Below, piece by piece: positions 12,998-24,900 of a stretch of DNA of 64,000 bases. The notes beneath the pieces are model-generated. The model did no database searches and had not been told where the DNA came from. It saw nothing but the letters and a program-made list of their open reading frames with translations. Position numbers and translations under genes: made by a program. The stretch comes from Squalus acanthias. Its lineage: Eukaryota. Each line of letters starts with the position of its first letter. Position 1 is the first letter of the stretch. Location of the stretch: contig CM059431.1 in NCBI GenBank assembly GCA_030390025.1, positions 155,994,001-156,058,000 of the forward strand. Direction: 5' to 3'.

Positions 12998-13003
12998 TAT
13001 ATA
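12998..13003 (-). promoter_or_regulatory. TATA-like box upstream of the hammerhead
   Basis: TATATA lies ~30 nt 5' (minus strand) of the start of hammerhead stem I, the usual TATA-to-start spacing. The motif is short and the region AT-rich, so it could be chance. Confidence 0.35.
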
Positions 13004-13172
13004 GATGGAAAAAAAAGCATGTGTACTTTACAATTGCAGACCAATAAATTAAATCATCCTGACTATCTGCCGAGGTGTGATAAAGTTAATTAAGTCAGCC
13101 AGGAAGGTACCACATCAAAAGACATAGCAAGATACAACTGAGACAATGAGGTGAAGTCGCAGGGGTTCTAAC

Positions 13173-13223
13173 ACCTCTCAATTTTGTCCACCCCAGTCCA
13201 ACACCGGCATCTCCGCATCATGA
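13173..13223 (+). mobile_element. Putative PLE 3' end and tail in opposite orientation to the rest of the insert
   Basis: Begins with ACCTCTCA, the reverse complement of the first 8 nt of the insert (TGAGAGGT, 12883-12890). It then continues ATTTTGTCCACCCCAGTCCAACACCGGCATCTCCGCATCATGA up to the TSD. Confidence 0.6.
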
Positions 13224-13234
13224 CTACACAGAGT
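13224..13234 (+). repeat. Target-site duplication, right copy (CTACACAGAGT)
   Basis: Identical to 12872-12882. The empty site in sister blocks has this 11-mer only once between GTGTACACTGGG and GTCAGAGTATCCTAGTC. Confidence 0.9.
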
Positions 13235-16200
13235 GTCAGAGTATCCTAGTCTACACAGAGTGTCAGATTACCGTGGGCTACACAGAGTATCAGAGTACCC
13301 TGGACTAAACACAGTGTTAGAGTAACTTGAACTACACAGAGTGTCAGAGTACCGTGGGCTGCAAAGAGTGTCAGAGTACCTAGGACTGCTAGAGTGTCAG
13401 AGTACCATGGGCTGCACAGAGTGACAGAGTAACCTGGACTAAACAGAATGTCAGAGTACCTTGGACTGCACAGAGTGTCAGACTACCCTGGACTACACAG
13501 AGTGTCAGTGTACCTTGGACTACATAGATTGTCAGAGAACCGTGGACTACACAGAGTGCCAGAGTACCTTGGACTACGCAGAGTGTCAGCGAACCGTGCG
13601 CGACACAGAGTGTCAGAGTACCTTGGACTACACAGAGTGTCAGAGTATCCTGGACTACACAGAGTATCAGAGTACCCTGGACTACACAGAGTGTCAGAGT
13701 ACCCTGACTACACAGAGTGTCAGAGTACCCTGGACTACACGGAGTGTCAGAGTACCGTGGGCTGCACAGAGTGACAGACTTCACTGGGCTACACAGTGTG
13801 TCAGTGTACCCTGGACTACACAGAGTGTCAGAGTACCCTGGACTGCACAGAGTGTCAGAATACACTGGACTACCCAGAGTGTCAGAGTACCGTGGGCTAC
13901 ACAGAGTGTGAGAGTACCTTGGACTACACGGAGTGTCAGAGTACCTTGGACTACACAGAGTTTCAGAGTACCCTCTACTACACAGAGTGTCAGGGTACAT
14001 TGGACTAAACAAAGTGCCAGTGTACCCTGGACTACACACAGTGTCAGAGTACCTTAGGCTACACAGAGTCTCAGAGTACCGTGGACTACACAGAGTGTTA
14101 GAGTACCCTTGTCTACATTGAGTGTCAGAGTACCTTGGACTACACAGAGTGCCAGAGTACCGTGGACGACACAGAGTGTCAGAGTACCTTGGACTACACA
14201 GAGTGTCAGAGTACCTTGGACTACACAGAGTGTCAGAGTACCCTGGACTACACAGAGTGTCAGAGTACCTTGGACTACGCAGAGTGTCAGAGAACCGTGG
14301 CCTGCACAGAGTGTCGGAGTACCTTGGACTACACAGAGTGTCAGACTAGCGTTTACTACAAAGAGTGTCAGAGGACCTTGGACTACACTGAGTGTCAGAG
14401 TACCCTGACTACACAGAGTGTCAGAGTACCCTGGACTACACGGAGTGTCAGAGTACCGTGGGCTGTACAGAGTGACAGAGTTCACTGGGCTACACAGAGT
14501 GTAAGAGTACCCTGGTCTACACAGAGTGTCAGATTACCGTGGGCTACACAGAGTATCAGAGTACCCTGGACTAAACACAATGTTAGAGTAACTTGGACTA
14601 CACAGAGTGTCAGAGTACCTTGGACTACACATAGTGTCAGAGAACCGTGACTAAACAGAGTTTCAGAGTACCTTGGACTACGCAGAGTGTCAGAGTACCG
14701 TGGGCTGCAAAGAGTGTCAGAGTACCTAGGACTGAACAGAGTGTCAGAGAACCATGGGCTGCACAGAGTGACAGAGTACCCTGGACTAAACAGAGTGTCA
14801 GAGTACCGTGGGCTACACGGAGTGTCAGAGTACCTTGGACTACACAGAGTGTCAGACTACCGTTTACTACAAAGAGTGTCAGAGGACCTTGGACAACACA
14901 GAGTGTCACAGTACCGTGGGCTAAACAGAGTGACAGAGTACACTGGGCTACACAGAGTGTAAGAGTACACTGGACTGCACAGAGTGTCAGAGTACCTTGG
15001 ACTTCGCAGAGTGTCAGAGAACCGTGGGCTACACAGAGTGACAGTGTACACTGGGCTACACAGAGTGTCAGAGTATCCTGGTCTACACAGAGTGTCAGAT
15101 TACCGTGGGCTACACAGAGTATCAGAGTACCCTGTACTAAACACAGTGTTAGAGTAACTTGGACTACACAGAGTGTCAGACTACCGTGGGCTGCACAGAG
15201 TGACAGAGTAACCTGGACTAAACAGAATGTCAGAGTACCTTGGACTACACAGAGTGTCAGACTACCCTGGACTACACAGAGTGTCAGTGTACCTTGGACT
15301 ACACAGATTGTCAGAGAACCGTGGACTACACAAAGTGTCAGTGTACCTTGGACTACGCAGAGTGTCAGCGAACCGTGGGCTACACAGAGTGTCAGAGTAT
15401 CCTGGACTACACATAGTGCCAGTGTACCCTGGACTACACACAGTGTCAGAGTACCCTGAATACACAGAGTGTCAGAGAACCCTGGACTACACGGAGTGTC
15501 AGAGCACCGTGGGCTGCACAGAGTGCCAGAGTACCGTGGACTGCAAAGAATGTCAGAGTACCCTGGACTGCACAGAGTGTCAGAATACCCTGGACTACCC
15601 AGAGTGTAGAGTACCGTGGGCTACACAGAGTATCAGAGTACCTTGGACTACACGGAGTGTCAGAGTACCTTGGACTACACAGACTGTCAGAGTACCCTGG
15701 ACTACAAAGAGTGTCAGAGTACCCTGGATTACACAGACAGTCAGAGTACCCTGGTCTGCACAGAGTGTCAGAGCACATGGGACTACTCAGAGTGTCAGTG
15801 TACCCTGGACTACACAGAGTTTCAGAGTACCCTCTACTACACAGAGTGTCAGGGTACATTCGACTACACGTAGTGCCAGTGTACCCTGGACTACACACAG
15901 TGTCAGAGTACCTTAGGCTAAACAGAGTCTCAGAGTACCGTGGACTACACAGAGTGTCATACTACCGTTTACTACAAACAGTGTCAGAGGACCTTGGACT
16001 ACACAGAGTGTCAGAGTACCCTGGACTACACAGAGTGTCAGAGTACCTTGGACTCCGCAGAGTGTCAGAGAACCGTGGGCTACACAGAGTGACAGTGTAC
16101 ACTGGGCTACACAGAGTGTCAGAGTATCCTGGTCTACACAGAGTGTCAGATTACCGTGGGCTACACAGAGTATCAGAGTACCCTGGACTAAACACAGTGT

Positions 16201-16789
16201 TAGAGTATCTTGCACTGCACAGAGTGTCAGAGTACCGTGGGCTGCAAAGAGTGTCAGAGTACCTAGGACTGCACAGAGTGTCAGCGTACCATGGGCTGCA
16301 CAGAGTGACAGAATACCCTGGACTAAACAGAGTGTCAGAGTACCGTGGGCTACACAGAGTGTCAGAGTACCTTGGACTACACGGAGTGTCTGAGTACCTT
16401 GGACTACACAGAGTGTCAGACTACCGTTTACTACAAAGAGTGTCAGAGGACCTTGGACTACACAGAGTGTCACAGTACCGTGGGCTAAACAGAGTGACAG
16501 AGTACACTGGGCTACACAGAGTGTAAGAGTACCCTGGACTACACAGAGTGTCAGAGTACTTTGGACTCCGCAGAGTGTCAGAGAACCGTGGGCTACACAG
16601 AGTGACAGTGTACACTGGGCTACACAGAGTGTCAGAGTATCCTAGTCTACACAGAGTGTCAGATTACCGTGGGCTACACAGAGTATCAGAGTACCCTGGA
16701 CTAAACACAGTGTTAGAGTAACTTGGACTACACAGAGTGTCAGAGTACCGTGGGCTGCAAAGAGTGCCAGAGTACCTAGGACTGCTAGA

Positions 16790-19700
16790 GTGTCAGAGTA
16801 CCATGGGCTGCACAGAGTGACAGAGTAACCTGGACTAAACAGAATGTCAGAGTACCTTGGACTACACAGAATGTCAGACTACCCTGGACTACACAGAGTG
16901 TCAGTGTACCTTGAACTACACAGATTGTCAGAGAACCGTGGACTACACAGAGTGCCAGAGTACCTTGGACTACGCAGAGTGTCAGCGAACCGTGCGCGAC
17001 ACAGAGTGTCAGAGTACCTTGGACTACACAGAGTTTCAGAGTATCCTGGACTACACAGAGTGTCAGAGTACCCTGGACTACACAGAGTGTCAGAGTACCC
17101 TGACTACACAGATTGTCAGAGTACCCTGGACTACACGGAGTGTCAGAGTACCGTGGGCTGCACAGAGTGACAGACTTCACTGGGCTACACAGTGTGTCAG
17201 TGTACCCTGGACTACACAGAGTGTCAGAGTACATTGGACGACACAGAGTGCCAGAGTACCGTGGACTACACAGAATGTCAGAATACCATGGACTACCCAG
17301 AGTGTCAGAGTACCGTGGGCTACACAGAGTGTCAGACTACCTTGGACTACACGGAGTGTCAGAGTACCTTGGACTACACAGAGTTTCAGAGTACCCTCTA
17401 CTACACAGAGTGTCAGGGTACATTGGACCATACATAGTGCCAGTGTACCCTGGACTACACACAGTGTCAGAGTACCTTAGGCTACACAGAGTCTCAGAGT
17501 ACCGTGGACTACACAGAGTGTCAGAGTACCTTGGACTACACAGAGTGTCAGAGTACCTTGGACTACACAGAGTGTCAGAGTACCCTGGACTACACAGAGT
17601 GTCAGAGTACCTTGGACTACGCAGAGTGTCAGAGAACCGTGGCCTACACAGAGTGTCGGAGTACCTTGGACTACACAGAGTGTCAGACTACCGTTTACTA
17701 CAAAGAGTGTCAGAGGACCGTGGACTACACTGAGTGTCAGAGTACCCTGACTACACAGAGTGTCAGAGTACCCTGGACTACACGGAGTGTCAGAGTACCG
17801 TGGGCTGCACAGAGTGACAGAGTTCACTGGGCTACACAGAGTGTAAGAGTACCCTGGTCTACACAGAGTGTCAGATTACCGTGGGCTACACAGAGTTTCA
17901 GAGTACCCTGGACTAAACACAGTGTTAGAGTAACTTGGACTACACAGAGTGTCAGAGTACCTTGGACTACACATAGTGTCAAAGAACCGTGACTAAACAG
18001 AGTTTCAGAGTACCTTGGACTACGCAGAGTGTCAGAGAACCGTGGGCTACACAGAGTGTCAGAGTACCCTGGACTACACAGAGTGTCAGTGTACCCTGAC
18101 TACACAGAGTGTCAGAGTACCCTGGACTACACGGAGTGTCAGAGTACCGTGGGCTGCTCAGAGTGACAGAGTTCACTGGGCTGCACAGAGTGTCAGTGTA
18201 CCCTGGACTACACAGAGTGTCAGAGTACCTTGGACGACACAGAGTGCCAGAGTACCGTGGACTACACAGATTGTCAGAGTACCCTGGACTGCACAGAGTG
18301 TCAGAATACCCTGGACTACCCAGAGTTTCAGAGTACCGTGGGCTAAACAGAGTGTCAGAGTACCTTGGACTACACGGAGTGTCAGAGTACCTTGGACTAC
18401 ACAGAGGGTCAGAGTACCGTTTACTAAAAAGAGTGTCAGAGGACCTTGAACTACACAGAGTGTCAGAGTACCGTGGGCTACACAGAGTGACAGAGTACAC
18501 TGGGCTACACAGAGTGTCAGAGTACCTTGGACTACGCAGAGTGTCAGAGAACCGTGGGCTACACAGAGTGACAGTGTACACTGGGCTACACATAGTGTCA
18601 GAGTATCCTGGACTACACAGAGTTTCAGAGTAGCGTGGGCTACACAGAGTATCAGAGTACCCTGGACTAAACACAGTGTTAGAGTACCTTGGACTACACA
18701 GAGTGTCAGACTACCCTGGTCTACACAGAGTCTCAGAGTACCTTGTACTACATAGAGTGTCAGAGAACCGTGGACTACACAGAGTGTCAGAGTACCTTGG
18801 ACTTACCAGAGTGTCAGCGAACCGTGGGCTACACAGAGTGACAGAATGCACTAGGCTACACAGAGTGTCAGAGTATCCTGGACTACACAGAGTGTCAGAG
18901 TACTCTGGACTACACAGAGTTTCAGAGTACCCTGGACGACTCAGAGCGTCAAAGTACCCTGGACTACAAAGAGTGTCAGAGTACCCTGGACTAAACAGAG
19001 TGTCAGAGTGCCTTGGGCTACACAGAGTGTCAGAGTACCGTGGACTACACAGAGTGTCAGAGTACCCTGGACTACACAGAGTGTCAGAGTACCTTGGACA
19101 ACGCAGAGTGTCAGAGTACCGTTTACTGCAAAGAGTGTCAGAGGACATTGGACAACACAGAGTGTCAGAGTAACGTGGGCTACACAGATTGACAGAGTAC
19201 ACTGGGCTACACAGAGTGTCAGAGTACCCTGTACTACACAGAGTGTCAGAGTACCTTGACTACACAGAGAGTCAGAGTACCATGGGCTGCACAGAGTGAC
19301 AGAGTAACCTGGACTAAACAGAATGTCAGAGTACCTTGGACTACACAGAATGTCAGACTACCCTGGACTACACAGAGTGTCAGTGTACCTTGAACTACAC
19401 AAATTGTCAGAGAACCGTGGACTACACAGAGTGCCAGAGTACCTTGGACTACGCAGAGTGTCAGCGAACCGTGCGCGACACAGAGTGTCAGAGTACCTTG
19501 GACTACACAGAGTGTCAGAGTATCCTGGACTACACAGAGTGTCAGAGTACCCTGGACTACACAGAGTGTCAGAGTACCCTGACTACACAGATTGTCAGAG
19601 TACCCTGGACTACACGGAGTGTCAGAGTACCGTGGGCTGCACAGAGTGACAGACTTCACTGGGCTACACAGTGTGTCAGTGTACCCTGGACTACACAGAG

Positions 19701-21870
19701 TGTCAGAGTACATTGGACGACACAGAGTGCCAGAGTACCGTGGACTACACAGAATGTCAGAGTACCCTGGACTGCACAGAGTGTCAGAATACCATGGACT
19801 ACCCAGAGTGTCAGAGTACCGTGGGCTACACAGAGTGTCAGAGTACCTTGGACTACACGGAGTGTCAGAGTACCTTGGACTACACAGAGTTTCAGAGTAC
19901 CCTCTACTACACAGAGTGTCAGGGTACATTGGACCATACATAGTGCCAGTGTACCCTGGACTACACACAGTGTCAGAGTACCTTAGGCTACACAGAGTCT
20001 CAGAGTACCGTGGACTACACAGAGTGTTAGAGTACCCTTGTCTACATTGAGTGTCAGAGTACCTTGGACTACACAGAGTGCCAGAGTACCGTGGACTACA
20101 CAGAGTGTCAGAGTACCTTGGACTACACAGAGTGTCAGAGTACCTTGGACTACACAGAGTGTCAGAGTACCCTGGACTACACAGAGTGTCAGAGTACCTT
20201 GGACTACGCAGAGTGTCAGAGAACCGTGGCCTACACAGAGTGTCGGAGTACCTTGGACTACACAGAGTGTCAGACTACCGTTTACTACAAAGAGTGTCAG
20301 AGGACCTTGGACTACACTGAGTGTCAGAGTACCCTGACTACACAGAGTGTCAGAGTACCCTGGACTACACGGAGTGTCAGAGTACCGTGGGCTGCACAGA
20401 GTGACAGAGTTCACTGGGCTACACAGAGTGTAAGAGTACCCTGGTCTACACAGAGTGTCAGATTACCGTGGGCTACACAGAGTATCAGAGTACCCTGGAC
20501 TAAACACAGTGTTAGAGTAACTTGGACTACACAGAGTGTCAGAGTACCTTGGACTACACATAGTGTCAGAGAACCGTGACTAAACAGATTTTCAGAGTAC
20601 CTTGGACTACGCAGAGTGTCAGAGAACCGTGGGCTACACAGAGTGTCAGAGTACCCTGGACTACACAGAGTGTCAGTGTACCCTGACTACACAGAGTGTC
20701 AGAGTACCCTTGACTACACGGAGTGTCAGAGTACATTGGGCTGCTCAGAGTGACAGAGTTCACTGGGCTGCACAGAGTGTCAGTGTACCCTGGACTACAC
20801 AGAGTGTCAGAGTACCTTGGACGACACAGAGTGCCAGAGTACCGTGGACTACACAGAATGTCAGAGTACCCTGGACTGCACAGAGTGTCAGAATACCCTG
20901 GACTACCCAGAGTTTCAGAGTACCGTGGGCTACACAGAGTGTCAGAGTACCTTGGACTACACGGAGTGTCAGAGTACCTTGGACTACACAGAGGGTCAGA
21001 GTACCGTTTACTAAAAAGAGTGTCAGAGGACCTTGTACTACACAGAGTGTCAGAGTACCGTGGGCTACACAGAGTGACAGAGTACACTGGGCTACACAGA
21101 GTGTCAGAGTACCTTGGACTACGCAGATTGTCAGAGAACCGTGGGCTACACAGAGTGACAGTGTACACTGGGCTACACCTAGTGTCAGAGTATCCTGGAC
21201 TACACAGAGTTTCAGAGTAGCGTGGGCTACACAGAGTATCAGAGTACCCTGGACTAAACACAGTGTTAGAGTACCTTGGACTACACAGAGTGTCAGACTA
21301 CCCTGGACTACACAGAGTCTCAGAGTACCTTGGACTACATAGAGTGTCAGAGAACCGTGGACTACACAGAGTGTCAGAGTACCTTGGACTTACCAGAGTG
21401 TCAGCGAACCGTGGGCTACACAGAGTGACAGAATGCACTAGGCTACACAGAGTGTCAGAGTACCCTGGACTACACAGAGTGTCAGAGTACTCTGGACTAC
21501 ACAGAGTTTCAGAGTACCCTGGACGACTCAGAGCGTCAAAGTACCCTGGACTACAAAGAGTGTCAGAGTACCCTGGACTAAACAGAGTGTCAGAGTGCCT
21601 TGGGCTACACAGAGTGTCAGAGTACCGTGGACTACACAGAGTGTCAGAGTACCCTGGACTACACAGAGTGTCAGAGTACCGTGGACTACACAGAGTGTCA
21701 GAGTACCTTGGACTACGCAGAGTGTCAGAGTACCGTTTACTGCAAAGAGTGTCAGAGGACATTGGACAACACAGAGTGTCAGAGTAACGTGGGCTACACA
21801 GATTGACAGAGTACACTGGGCTACACAGAGTGTCAGAGTACCCTGTACTACACAGAGTGTCAGAGTACCT
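16790..21870 (+). repeat. Tandem higher-order duplication, period ~2.48-2.59 kb
   Basis: ORF pairs 16844/19323 (offset 2479) and 18676/21263, 18015/20602 (offset 2587). The change in offset is 108 bp = 4 monomers. Boundaries approximate. Confidence 0.8.
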
Positions 21871-21900
21871 TGACTACACAGAGAGTCAGAGTAACTTGGA

Positions 21901-24900
21901 CTACACAGATTGTCAGAGAACCGTGGACTAAACAGAGTGTCATAGTACCTTGGACTACGCAGAGTGTCAGAGTACCGTGGGCTACACTGAGTGACAGAGG
22001 ACACTGGGCCAAACAGAGTGTCAGCGTACCCTAAAATACACAGAGTGTCAAAGTACCGTGTGCTACACAGATTGACAGAGGACACTGGGCTACACAGAGT
22101 GTCGGAGTAGCCTGGACTACACAGAGTGTCAGGGAACCGTGGACTAAACAGAGTGTCAGAGTACCCTGGACTACACATAGTGCCAGTGTACCCTGGACTA
22201 CACACAGTGTCAGAGTACCCTGAATACACAGAGTGTCAGAGAACCCTGGACTACACGGAGTGTCAGAGTACCGTGGGCTGCACAGAGTGCCAGAGTACCG
22301 TGGACTACAAAGAATGTCAGAGTACCCTGGACTGCACAGAGTGTCAGAATACCCTGGACTACCCAGAGTGTAGAGTACCGTGGGCTACACAGAGTATCAG
22401 AGTACCTTGGACTACACGGAGTGTCAGAGTACCTTGGACTACACAGACTGTCAGAGTACCCTGGACTACAAAGAGAGTCAGAGTACCCTGGATTACACAG
22501 ACAGTCAGAGTACCCTGGTCTGCACAGAGTGTCAGAGCACATGGGACTACTCAGAGTGTCAGTGTACCCTGGACTACACAGAGTTTCAGAGTACCCTCTA
22601 CTACACAGAGTGTCAGGGTACATTCGACTACACGTAGTGCCAGTGTACCCTGGACTACACACAGTGTCAGAGTACCTTAGGCTAAACAGAGTCTCAGAGT
22701 ACCGTGGACTACACAGAGTGTCATACTACCGTTTACTACAAACAGTGTCAGAGGACCTTGGACTACACAGAGTGTCAGAGTACCCTGGACTACACAGAGT
22801 GTCAGAGTACCTTGGACTCCGCAGAGTGTCAGAGAACCGTGGGCTACACAGAGTGACTTTGTACACTGGGCTACACAGAGTGTCAGAGTATCCTGGTCTA
22901 CACAGAGTGTCAGATTACCGTGGGCTACACAGAGTATCAGAGTACCCTGGACTAAACACAGTGTTAGAGTATCTTGCACTGCACAGAGTGTCAGAGTACC
23001 GTGGGCTGCAAAGAGTGTCAGAGTACCTAGGACTGCACAGAGTGTCAGCGTACCATGGGCTGCACAGAGTGACAGAATACCCTGGACTAAACAGAGTGTC
23101 AGAGTACCGTGGGCTACACAGAGTGTCAGAGTACCTTGGACTACACGGAGTGTCTGAGTACCTTGGACTACACAGAGTGTCAGACTACCGTTTACTACAA
23201 AGAGTGTCAGAGGACCTTGGACTACACAGAGTGTCACAGTACCGTGGGCTAAACAGAGTGACAGAGTACACTGGGCTACACAGAGTGTAAGAGTACCCTG
23301 GACTACACAGAGTGTCAGAGTACATTGGACTCTGCAGAGTGTCAGAGAACCGTGGGCTACACAGAGTGACAGTGTACACTGGGCTACACAGAGTGTCAGA
23401 GTATCCTAGTCTACACAGAGTGTCAGATTACCGTGGGCTACACAGAGTATCAGAGTACCCTGGACTAAACACAGTGTTAGAGTAACTTGGACTACACAGA
23501 GTGTCAGAGTACCGTGGGCTGCAAAGAGTGCCAGAGTACCTAGGACTGCTAGAGTGTCAGAGTACCATGGGCTGCACAGAGTGACAGAGTAACCTGGACT
23601 AAACAGAATGTCAGAGTACCTTGGACTACACAGAATGTCAGACTACCCTGGACTACACAGAGTGTCAGTGTACCTTGAACTACACAGATTGTCAGAGAAC
23701 CGTGGACTACACAGAGTGCCAGAGTACCTTGGACTACGCAGAGTGTCAGCGAACCGTGCGCGACACAGAGTGTCAGAGTACCTTGGACTACACAGAGTGT
23801 CAGAGTATCCTGGACTACACAGAGTGTCAGAGTACCCTGGACTACACAGAGTGTCAGAGTACCCTGACTACACAGAGTGTCAGAGTACCCTGGACTACAC
23901 GGAGTGTCAAAGTACCGTGGGCTGCACAGAGTGACAGACTTCACTGGGCTACACAGTGTGTCAGTGTACCCTGGACTACACAGAGTGTCAGAGTACATTG
24001 GACGACACAGAGTGCCAGAGTACCGTGGACTACACAGAATGTCAGAGTACCCTGGACTGCACAGAATGTCAGAATACCATGGACTACCCAGAGTGTCAGA
24101 GTACCGTGGGCTACACAGAGTGTCAGAGTACCTTGGACTACACGGAGTGTCAGAGTACCTTGGACTACACAGAGTTTCAGAGTACCCTCTACTACACAGA
24201 GTGTCAGGGTACATTGGACCATACATACTGCCAGTGTACCCTGGACAACACACAGTGTCAGAGTACCTTAGGCTACACAGAGTCTCAGAGTACCGTGGAC
24301 TACACAGAGTGTTAGAGTACCCTTGTCTACATTGAGTGTCAGAGTACCTTGGACTACACAGAGTGCCAGAGTACCGTGGACTACACAGAGTGTCAGAGTA
24401 CCTTGGACTACACAGAGTGTCAGAGTACCCTGGACTACACAGAGTGTCAGAGTACCTTGGACTACGCAGAGTGTCAGAGAACCGTGGCCTACACAGAGTG
24501 TCGGAGTACCTTGGACTACACAGAGTGTCAGACTACCGTTTACTACAAAGAGTGTCAGAGGACCTTGGACTACACTGAGTGTCAGAGTACCCTGACTACA
24601 CAGAGTGTCAGAGTACCCTGGACTACACGGAGTGTCAGAGTACCGTGGGCTGCACAGAGTGACAGAGTTCACTGGGCTACACAGAGTGTAAGAGTACCCT
24701 GGTCTACACAGAGTGTCAGATTACCGTGGGCTACACAGAGTATCAGAGTACCCTGGACTAAACACAGTGTTAGAGTAACTTGGACTACACAGAGTGTCAG
24801 AGTACCTTGGACTACACAAAGTGTCAGAGAACCGTGACTAAACAGAGTTTCAGAGTACCTTGGACTACGCAGAGTGTCAGAGAACCGTGGGCTACACAGA

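Larger units (their letters stand above)
12883..13223 (-). mobile_element. 341-bp non-autonomous insertion, probable truncated/inverted pseudo-LTR plus tail of a Penelope-like retroelement (PLE)
   Basis: This is the only non-satellite sequence in the window. It is flanked by an 11-bp direct duplication, and the empty site is present in paralogous blocks (~11781-11822, ~16608-16650, ~23372-23412, ~28359-28400). It contains a minimal hammerhead motif followed by AATAAA, as known for PLE pLTRs, and an inverted repeat TGAGAGGT/ACCTCTCA followed by a ~43-nt extension. There is no RT or GIY-YIG ORF. The insertion itself is very well supported; the PLE family call is inference. Confidence 0.85.
11500..14070 (+). 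repeat. Tandem higher-order duplication, period 1079 bp, second copy interrupted by the insertion
   Basis: TTATTACAAAG at 11601 and 12680. ORFs 11964..12290 and 13448..13774 give the same translation. Boundaries approximate. Confidence 0.8.

Noticed and set aside
12963..13157. 9-bp direct repeat AGGTGAAGT (12963-12971 and 13149-13157) within the insert, a possible second hammerhead arm
   Set aside because: The second copy reads ACUUCACCUCAUUG on the minus strand, with no CUGANGA or GAAA core. A single 9-mer repeat is weak evidence.
12883..13223. Insertion as a MITE/DNA transposon or a tRNA-derived SINE
   Set aside because: The 8-9 bp inverted repeat is not terminal on the right (43 nt inside). 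I saw no pol III A/B boxes and no terminal poly(A) or simple-repeat tail; the A8 run at 13009-13016 is internal. The hammerhead plus AATAAA fits a PLE better.
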